A stretch of 63,788 nt of DNA, counting the filler, from Candidatus Rokuibacteriota bacterium (GTDB lineage Bacteria > JAUVQV01 > DATDCY01), in the NCBI GenBank assembly GCA_031406795.1. It is 5 parts of 5 records of this genome, joined end to end, with 100 filler letters (N's around TTAATTAATTAA, not from the genome) between each part and the next. Parts side by side here need not be neighbours in the genome. Positions count along the whole stretch, not along the records: positions 35,698 to 63,788 come from JANOHV010000091.1; 4 more parts are not named here. One strand, given 5' to 3'. The position numbers and the translations under genes are program-made. Every line of letters starts with the position of its first letter. Positions within the stretch are counted from its first letter, which is position 1. A model generated the notes under the pieces. That model was not told the origin of the DNA and did no database searches. It saw nothing but the letters and a program-made list of their open reading frames with translations. Below are positions 57,445 through 63,788 of this stretch, piece after piece.

Positions 57445-57846
57445 ATGAAGAAGATGCTGATCATTGCGGCGGCGGTCCTGGTCGGGGCCGCTGGGCTGGC
57501 CTGGAGCTTCTCCTCGCCCGAAGGGGTCGGTGTCTCCAAGATCAAGGCCAATCCCGAACGGTACGTCGGCAAGCTGAAGATCCTCGGGCTGACCGGACGG
57601 ACGGATGCGAATCAGGGCCTGCTGGAGATCGCCGACGAGAAGGCCTGCTGCACCCTGGTGCTTGACGTGCCGCTCACCACCGAACAGCAGGCGCTGCACA
57701 AGTCGGAGTTCCTCTATGCGGGAACGTTGCCCGAAAAAGGGACGCCACTGGAAATCCTCGGCACTCTGCGTCAGGTGGGGGCGGGGTACGCCTTCAAGGT
57801 CACCCGCGTCAGCAGCGGGGGGAAGGTCATCATCAAACGGATTTAG
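57445..57846 (+). CDS. Exported OB-fold-like protein with CC motif
   Basis: AGGAGG RBS, signal anchor, VSKIKANPERYVGKLKI.G, DEKACC. Confidence 0.75.
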   Translation: MKKMLIIAAAVLVGAAGLAWSFSSPEGVGVSKIKANPERYVGKLKILGLTGRTDANQGLLEIADEKACCTLVLDVPLTTEQQALHKSEFLYAGTLPEKGTPLEILGTLRQVGAGYAFKVTRVSSGGKVIIKRI

Positions 57847-57870
57847 AGGATGGTGCGCGCAAGTTGCCCG

Positions 57871-58606
57871 ATGAGCGAGCCGACGCCGCGCTTCTGGAGC
57901 GTGTTCTTCGAGGTCTACGAGGCGCTGCCCCGCCAAGGCCCGGGCAAACGCGCCTGCGCCGCAAAGGCTCTCGGGCTTTGCCGGGATCTGCCGGCGGCGC
58001 CGGCCGTGCTGGACCTTGGCTGCGGCGTCGGCGGACAGACACTCCACCTCGCTGGGCTCACCTCCGGGTCCATCGTCGCCCGGGACAGCCATGCCCCAAG
58101 CATCGAGAAGCTCCGGGCGACGGTCGCGGAGCGCGGGCTTTCGGCCCGCATCCGCCCGGTGGTCGGCGACATGGCGCACCTGGACTTCCCCCCCGGGGAA
58201 CTTCGACCTTGTCTGGTCCGAGGGGGCGCTCTACAACGTCGGGATCGAAAGGGCCCTGCGGACGTGCAGCCCCCTGCTCGAGCCCGGCGGCTACGTCGCT
58301 TTCACCGATGCCGTCTGGAGAAAGGTACATCCCCCGCCGGAGGTGAAGGCGAGCTTCGATCTGGACTACCCGACCATGGGCCGGGTCCCAGACGTTCTGA
58401 CAGCCATCGCGAGATGCGGGTTCTCGCTCGTCGGGCACTTCACCTTGCCGGACGAGGCTTGGTGGGATGACTTCTACTCCCCGATGCAGCGGCGGATCGC
58501 GGAGTTGCGCGGCACGTACGCGGCTGACAGCGAGGCGCTGGCTGTGCTCGATCAGTTCGCGCAAGAGCCGGAGATGTACCGTTTGCACTCGGAGTACTAC
58601 GCCTAC
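57871..58606 (+). pseudogene. Class I methyltransferase, frameshifted at a C7G4 run and 3'-truncated
   Basis: LPRQGPG, VLDLGCGVG in one frame; FDLVWSEGALY...YYAY in another; the end is fused to the XRE relic. Confidence 0.8.
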
Positions 58607-58988
58607 CTTCCGGCCTCTTCTTCCTCCTCTCCCACTTCGCCAACCTCCCTGGATCAACCTTGAGGCGCCGGGCCCTGGCCTCCTGACTTAGCCCGCGGTA
58701 CCTCCGAATCCAGGTCAGCCGTTCCCCAGGCGTCCAGTCCGGGTCTTAAGGGGAGTAACCGAGGAATCCGATGATCTTCGGCCAGCAGTGGAAGGTCGGA
58801 GTGGCCTTCCCGCGCTCCCAGAGGTAAACGCAACACTCCGTCGTTCCGATTCGTTGCCCCACCTCCTGCTGGAGCAGTCCCAGCTCAAACCGTCTTTTCC
58901 TGAGGTGGTAGGCGATTGACCATAAGGGAGCATGTTGTTGATATGGTTCGGATTTCATTGCTTTGAGAGTAAAACAGCAGAAAGGCAA
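58606..58988 (-). pseudogene. Double-HTH XRE gene, copy 1 (in-frame TAA, end lost)
   Basis: LPFCCFTLKA...YHLRKRRFELGLLQQEVGQRIG...FLGYSP*DPDWTPGERLTWIRRY.GLSQE; homologous to 61565-61993. Confidence 0.85.
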
Positions 58989-58996
58989 CGTAACGG

Positions 58997-59473
58997 TGCA
59001 AGTGCGGCTTCCGGGGGGATCGCCTGCATGCCTGTCGCTGCACTCCGCACGATGTGGACGAGTACCGTTCGCGTATTTCCGGGCCGCTGCTGGATCGCAT
59101 CGACCTGCACGTCGAGGTACCGGCGTTGACATATGACGAAATCGCGTCGGCGCCGCAGGGGGAGGGGACTGCTGCAGTGAGAGCGCGGGTTGAGCGCGCG
59201 CGGGCGGCGCAACGCGAGCGCCTCAAGGGAGCGGCGATCTACTGCAACGCGCAGATGGGGGCGCGCGAGGTCCGGGAACATTGCCGCCACGACGAAGGCG
59301 GCGCCCGCCTGCTGGAAGGGGAGATGCGCGCGCTCGGACTCTCGGCGCGCGGCTATGCGCGGGTGTTGAAAGTTGCGCGGACGATCGCGGATCTGGCGGG
59401 TGAGCCGAAGATCGGCGCAACTCACGTCGCCGAAGCGATCCAGTATCGGGAGCAGCCGCGTCACATGGTTTGA
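58997..59473 (+). pseudogene. comM: comM/yifB (Mg-chelatase-like ATPase) 3' portion, copy 1
   Basis: CKCGFRGD..HACRCTP...YRSRISGPLLDRIDLHVEVP...LSARGYARVLKVARTIADL...HVAEAIQYR; begins at the CxCG motif, no 5' part. Confidence 0.92.
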
Positions 59474-59482
59474 TTCAGATGG

Positions 59483-59782
59483 TCACCCGTGGATCTTCAC
59501 GCCTACGCGATCAATGTGCTCTCGGAGCGCTTGGGATTGGATGGCAACCATCGCCTTGACATCGAAGCGATACGGCAACGGCAGGTCTTCCAACTCGGCG
59601 GCGATCGCTTCGGCAGCCAACTCGTCTTCGATACCTTCGAGCGCCAAGTCGATATCTGAAGCCGGTGAGGCTGTGCCCTTGGCGCGTGAACCGAACATGA
59701 CGGCGCCGGTGATCTCTCCGTGACGTTTGAGTACCCCACGGATGAGATCCATCTCCCGATCCGACAGACCGAATCTCGCCAT
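59483..59782 (-). CDS. Minimal nucleotidyltransferase (MNT) antitoxin
   Basis: MFGSRAKG....SDIDLAL, LPLPYRFDV. Confidence 0.92.
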   Translation of the reverse strand: MARFGLSDREMDLIRGVLKRHGEITGAVMFGSRAKGTASPASDIDLALEGIEDELAAEAIAAELEDLPLPYRFDVKAMVAIQSQALREHIDRVGVKIHG

Positions 59783-60195
59783 CAATCCGTCCTGTGTGCC
59801 ATGAACCAGCCATGCAGTGCGTCGATTGCTACGGAGTAGCGCTTGTCGATGGCCTGAACGGCCTTCTCGAAAGTCGCCGCATCGTAGGTGTGGGACAGCA
59901 CGTTCCGGTGGTCGAGCATGTCGATCCAGACTTGACCGTCGCCGAGAATCTTCGCGGCAAACGCCTCTTTTATAACCGTGCGCGGCGTGACCGGTTCGAT
60001 TACCGTGCCCTCGTTTTCAAGGTAGTCCTTGAGCGTCTTCCAGGCGAGTTCCAGGGCGAACTCAAATCGCTGGACGGTTCCCTCCTTCTCCAGGGCGGAC
60101 AAGGTGTCGATGCCGCGTTTCAGCGGTTCGCGCAAGAGAACAACAGCGCGGTCGAAATTCTGGAAGCGTTGTTTCCAGCGGATGTCACGGGTCAT
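59782..60195 (-). CDS. HEPN (HI0074-type nucleotidyltransferase substrate-binding) toxin
   Basis: DIRWKQRFQNF, VQRFEFALELAWKTLKDYL, RNVLSHTYD (RxxxxH). Confidence 0.92.
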   Translation of the reverse strand: MTRDIRWKQRFQNFDRAVVLLREPLKRGIDTLSALEKEGTVQRFEFALELAWKTLKDYLENEGTVIEPVTPRTVIKEAFAAKILGDGQVWIDMLDHRNVLSHTYDAATFEKAVQAIDKRYSVAIDALHGWFMAHRTD

Positions 60196-60322
60196 GCTCA
60201 ATCTCCTTCGCTTCCACTGTGGCGAAAACATACTACCCGATTATCTTGAATAATACGCACATCGAACACGCCAAGGAAATACACACCTCGTCCTCTGCCC
60301 GAGGTAGAAACGGAGCACGCTT

Positions 60323-61333
60323 TCAGTTGAACTGGCTCCGGTCCTTGATTCGTGCGGCTTCCTCCTGCCCCTGCATTTCCTCCCACGTCCGGCCCTTGCG
60401 CAAATCCTCCCAGCAGAAACGGACCCCCTGGTTGTCGTTCGGGTTGAGCGAGAGAATGCGCTCGAACACCATCAGTGCCTCGGAAGTGCGCCCGAGACGC
60501 CAGAGGCACAGGCCGTAGCCGTGGAGGCACCGGAGGAACGGCCGGTTGTAGATGCGGCCCCACAACAGCACGCCGTCGTAGAAGGGTGGCAACGAGAGTT
60601 CGCCGATGCGGATCCCGATCTCGTAGTGGACGAGTGCGCGTTTCGGCGATCGGTCGAATTCGAGGTTGCCGAGGTGCGCGTGCGCATCGATGCAGCGAAG
60701 ATCCCGGAGCAGCATGTCCATCAGCAGGTCACGGGCGCCATCGACATCGCCCACCTCCGCGAGTTCAGCCGCGACGCAGGTCGGATTCTCATCGAAATCA
60801 TCATCGTCGGGGAACGCGCCCCAGGCGATGGGGTCCATGCCGTAGCTTGCCCGCGGCTTTGCGGTGAGCTTTCTCCAGAGCGGGGCGTACGGTTCGGGAT
60901 TGCGATACGGCTCGGAGTTGGACCGCAGATTGCGGAGGTCATAGTCATGAAGCGGCAGGGGTGTGAGGCCGAGCTTCGCCACGTCGATGCGCGGATCCTC
61001 CATCTTGCCGCTGGCGTACGCGTCGCCGCGCCAGGTCCAGCGCTTGTCCACGACGAGTGTCACCAGGTGCCCCGGCGCGACCTCCGTGGCGTCGCCGGAG
61101 CGGAATGTGACCTGAACGTCTTCGGAGGGGATCCTGACCCGTGCCGAATTCCGATTGACCTTGAGGACGATCGCTTCGACGCGTTGCTTCTGATCGCCCA
61201 TTGTCGAAGTTTCGGGCAGGCCAAGAATCTCGGCCCGGGCGCGCATGACATGGAGGCGTGCAGCGGTGTAGGACTCTCCCGTCTTGCACTGGCGTTCGCG
61301 GATGATTGTCTTGAGATCTTTGTGCGCGGTCAT
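60323..61333 (-). CDS. TPR-containing protein with N-terminal 'IRER..KTGESYTAAR' domain and central beta domain
   Basis: GAGGAG RBS; C-terminal DAHAHLGNLEF...NRPFLRCLHGYGLCLWRLG...LNPNDNQGVRF. Confidence 0.85.
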   Translation of the reverse strand: MTAHKDLKTIIRERQCKTGESYTAARLHVMRARAEILGLPETSTMGDQKQRVEAIVLKVNRNSARVRIPSEDVQVTFRSGDATEVAPGHLVTLVVDKRWTWRGDAYASGKMEDPRIDVAKLGLTPLPLHDYDLRNLRSNSEPYRNPEPYAPLWRKLTAKPRASYGMDPIAWGAFPDDDDFDENPTCVAAELAEVGDVDGARDLLMDMLLRDLRCIDAHAHLGNLEFDRSPKRALVHYEIGIRIGELSLPPFYDGVLLWGRIYNRPFLRCLHGYGLCLWRLGRTSEALMVFERILSLNPNDNQGVRFCWEDLRKGRTWEEMQGQEEAARIKDRSQFN

Positions 61334-61377
61334 CGACGTCTCCTCGCTCTGCGCCGCCGTGGCCCCCGCCCAGAGGC

Positions 61378-61492
61378 TGCGCAACACGAAGATACGCACC
61401 CGCCCCGGCCGGAGGAGTGAACTCCCCTTTGCCCCGTTCGAGGGATCCTGCGGGGGAGGACCCACCGGGGTTGGGCGTCGGTGCCGCCGTAC
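61378..61492 (-). ncRNA. Candidate structured 5' leader RNA
   Basis: Nested stems GCGGCAC(C)GA/UCGUGUUGC and CCCCGG/CCGGGG enclosing hairpins GGGUCCU/AGGAUCC and GGGAG-UUCA-CUCCU; TTGACA at 61527-61522 upstream. Confidence 0.5.
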
Positions 61493-61564
61493 GCATGAAT
61501 TTGCCGCAACAAAGGTGGCGCTGTCAATCCCAATATTCTTTCTCCGCAATAGTTCCCACTGCCT

Positions 61565-61993
61565 TCAAGAGCCGATGTTGATGAACTCTATTAGTTGGGT
61601 CATGAATCTGCCTTTTGGCTCTCTCACTCCACTCTCCCACCTCGCCAGCGTCCCCGGATCAACCCGGAGGCGCCGGGCCATGGACTCCTGGCTCAGCCCG
61701 AGGTACCTCCGGATCCAACTCAGTCGTTCCCCGGGCATCCAACCCGGGTCAAAGGGGCAGTAGCCGAGGAATTCGATGATCTTCGGCCAGTAGGGGAAGG
61801 TCGGAGTGGCCTTTTCGCACTCCCAAAGGGCCACGCAACACTCTGACACACCGATTCGTTGCCCCACCTCCTGCTGGCGGAGTCCCAGCTCAAACCGCCT
61901 TTTCCTGATGTGGTACGCGGTCGACCATAGGCGAGCATGTTGTTGATAGGGAAGGGGTTTCTTTGCTTTCAGGCTGAAACAGCAGAAAGTCAA
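61565..61993 (-). CDS. Double-HTH XRE-family regulator, copy 2 (intact)
   Basis: IRKRRFELGLRQQEVGQRIGVSECCVALWE and IRRYLGLSQESMARRLRVDPGTLARWESG; TTG start abuts the comM junction. Confidence 0.85.
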   Translation of the reverse strand: MTFCCFSLKAKKPLPYQQHARLWSTAYHIRKRRFELGLRQQEVGQRIGVSECCVALWECEKATPTFPYWPKIIEFLGYCPFDPGWMPGERLSWIRRYLGLSQESMARRLRVDPGTLARWESGVREPKGRFMTQLIEFINIGS

Positions 61994-62001
61994 CGCAACG
62001 G

Positions 62002-62478
62002 TGCAAGTGTGGCTTCCGGGGTGACCGCCTGCGCGCCTGCCGCTGCAATCCGCACGATGTGGACGCGTACCGTTCGCGGATCTCCGGGCCGCTGCTCGAT
62101 CGCATCGACCTGCACGTCGAGGTCCCGGCGCTGGCTAATGAAGAAATCGCCTCGGCGCCGACGGGGGAAGGAACTGCTGCGGTGAGGGCGCGGGTTGAGA
62201 GCGCGCGGACGATGCAGCGCGAGCGCCTAAAGGGAGCTGCGATCTACTGCGATGCCCAGATGGGGGCGCGCGAGGTCCGGGAGCATTGCCGCCACGACGA
62301 AGGCGGCGCCCGCCTGCTGGAAGGGGCGATGCGCGCGCTCGGTCTCTCCGCGCGCGGCTATGCGCGAGTGCTGAAAGTTGCGCGCACGATCGCGGATCTG
62401 GCGGGTGAACGGACCATTGGGCTCATCCACATAGCCGAGTCGATCCAGTATCGGGAACAGCCGCGGCATCTAGGCTGA
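62002..62478 (+). pseudogene. comM: comM/yifB 3' portion, copy 2
   Basis: Same breakpoint and length as copy 1, diverged but open: CKCGFRGDRLRACRCNP...HIAESIQYREQPRHLG. Confidence 0.92.
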
Positions 62479-62681
62479 CGGCAGCAGACGGGTCTCTTGC
62501 GCGGCCTGCCAGTTTTCGACATTCGGCGCCTGGGAAGAAAAAGAAAACCTATGGTCTTGCATTCAGCAGGCAGGTCCGAAATGATAGACTGTGAATACAT
62601 GGGAACGTTGGCCGGTCGCAAACCTCGACGTTGGGCGAGACACCAGGTCTGTAGTGAAATAGTAAACAGGGCGGAGGGACT

Positions 62682-62930
62682 ATGAGCACGGCGGAAAAGA
62701 TCTACGAACACGTCAAGGCACTCCCCGAGACTGTAGCGCTGGAGATACTTGATTATGTGGAATTCGTGGAATCGAGGTCGCGGCGCACGGGAGCGGGTGT
62801 GTCAGCCGTCGGGTCTGATCGCCTGCGCAGAATGCGCGCCGCGTGCGGTGTTTGGCGTGATCGCGACGATCTTCCTGATCTTCGAGCCCTTCGTGGAGAG
62901 TGGGAGCGTGCGCGGAGCCAAAAATCGTGA
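62682..62930 (+). CDS. DUF2281-like VapB antitoxin
   Basis: EKIYEHVKALPE....EILDYVEFVE; CGVWRDRDDLPD.RALR.EW. Confidence 0.8.
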   Translation: MSTAEKIYEHVKALPETVALEILDYVEFVESRSRRTGAGVSAVGSDRLRRMRAACGVWRDRDDLPDLRALRGEWERARSQKS

Positions 62931-63316
62931 CGCCTGAGAATACCATCCTTGTCGACACCGATATTCTCATCGATTATCTTCGTGGTATGCCGCCGGCAAT
63001 CCAATATCTGGAGGCCTCGGGCGCTGATCTCTGTCTCTCCGTAGTCAATGTCGCGGAACTCCACGCGGGGGTACGTGATCATGAGCGCGAAGCGGTCAAT
63101 ACCCTCCTGGGATGCTTCACGATAGTCCCGCTGAACAAAGAGATTGCTGTTCGCGGCGGGTTGTTGCGCCGTGACTTCGGCAAAAGCCATGGCGTCGAGT
63201 TGGCCGACGCCCTCATCGCGGCGACGGTGGAGAGTTTAAGGTGCACCTTGGCCACTCTGAACCGAAAGCACTATCCGATGCTCTCTTCGGTGATGGTTCC
63301 CTACACGAAGGAATAG
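62927..63316 (+). CDS. vapC: VapC PIN-domain toxin
   Basis: ILVDTDILIDYLRG, SVVNVAEL.AG, LADALIAAT, LATLNRKHYP; GTGA overlap. Confidence 0.93.
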   Translation: MTPENTILVDTDILIDYLRGMPPAIQYLEASGADLCLSVVNVAELHAGVRDHEREAVNTLLGCFTIVPLNKEIAVRGGLLRRDFGKSHGVELADALIAATVESLRCTLATLNRKHYPMLSSVMVPYTKE

Positions 63317-63375
63317 ACATCCTATTCCAGACCGACCTGGTTCCTGAAGCGGAGATGAAAGAGCACCCCGCCACT

Positions 63376-63660
63376 TCAGATATCGCTAGGGAGAAGCTTC
63401 TGCAATCGGATCAGGAATCCACCCATCGGCTCCTTCTTCCCCGTCTCCCACTTCGCCAACGTCCCTGGATCGACCTTGAGCCGCGGGGCCATTGCCTCCT
63501 GGCTCAGCCCGAAGTACCTCCGGATCCAGGTCAGACGTTCCCCTGGCGTCCAGCCCGGGTCGAAGGGACAATAGCCCAGGAATTCGATGATCCTAGCCCG
63601 GAAGGGGAGGGTTGGGGAGGTCCGATTCGTCTCCCAGAGGCACACCGAGCATTCGGTGGA
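63376..63660 (-). pseudogene. Double-HTH XRE gene, copy 3 (5'-truncated)
   Basis: TECSVCLWE...IIEFLGYCPFDPGWTPGERLTWIRRYFGLSQEAMA.RLKVDPGTLAKWE; N-terminus and junction missing. Confidence 0.85.
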
Positions 63661-63788
63661 CCGTAACAGCAACGTAAGTCCTCGCCCTACCCCGACTGCA
63701 CATTTTCCTCGTCGGCAGGCGTCTTCGTGATGGCCGCCGGGTCACGGTCGAGCGCCGGTCCGGCCGGGCGGTCTACTGCAGGGTGTTC

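Larger units (their letters stand above)
58997..62001 (+). mobile_element. 3005-bp comM-targeted unit: comM 3' end - MNT/HEPN - TPR protein - XRE - att junction; no recombinase
   Basis: Bounded by two homologous XRE/comM junctions (AAACAGCAGAAAG.CAACG.AACGG-TGCAAGTG.GGC). Confidence 0.65.

Noticed and set aside
1-63788. CRISPR arrays, tRNA or rRNA genes, intact transposases/integrases
   Set aside because: No regularly spaced repeats, cloverleaf or rRNA signatures, or recombinase motifs were found by eye.

Overview
This is a high-GC bacterial draft/MAG window made of five contigs joined by artificial 100-bp linkers (N-run + TTAATTAATTAA + N-run at 5022-5121, 15390-15489, 25264-25363, 35598-35697), so adjacency across linkers means nothing. 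Contigs 1-2 hold a surface-glycosylation region (GT-C, GT2, GT4, methyltransferases, radical SAM/SPASM, LbH acyltransferase, epimerase, SGNH lipoprotein), a paralogous family of uncharacterised lipoproteins, arfB, and an eroded integron-cassette block with brnTA. Contig 3 holds the nrdJ 3' end, an integrase-less attC cassette array containing an ORF-less group II intron remnant, a type I R-M hsdM/hsdS locus with duplicated gene ends, and TA modules. Contig 4 holds an SBP-LysM/PspA/membrane protein/AAA ATPase operon, a ytxJ with in-frame UGA plus a SECIS-like hairpin (predicted selenoprotein missed by the ORF track), alaS, hisS, a GT2 and gmhB. Contig 5 holds a yybP-ykoY riboswitch ahead of a UPF0182 gene, a duplicated and reciprocally decayed NhaR locus driving ppcA-purE-carbonic anhydrase and htpX, a P-type ATPase/USP/glgP block and a Cys-rich leader plus ABC exporter. 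It ends in a tandem array of recombinase-less units, each built as [comM 3' end - TA/defence-like cargo - double-XRE gene - att-like junction]; one cargo gene has a highly structured 5' RNA leader. The comM-unit array, that RNA leader and the Sec-YtxJ are the strongest novelty candidates. All calls come from reading the sequence and recalled family motifs; no searches were run.
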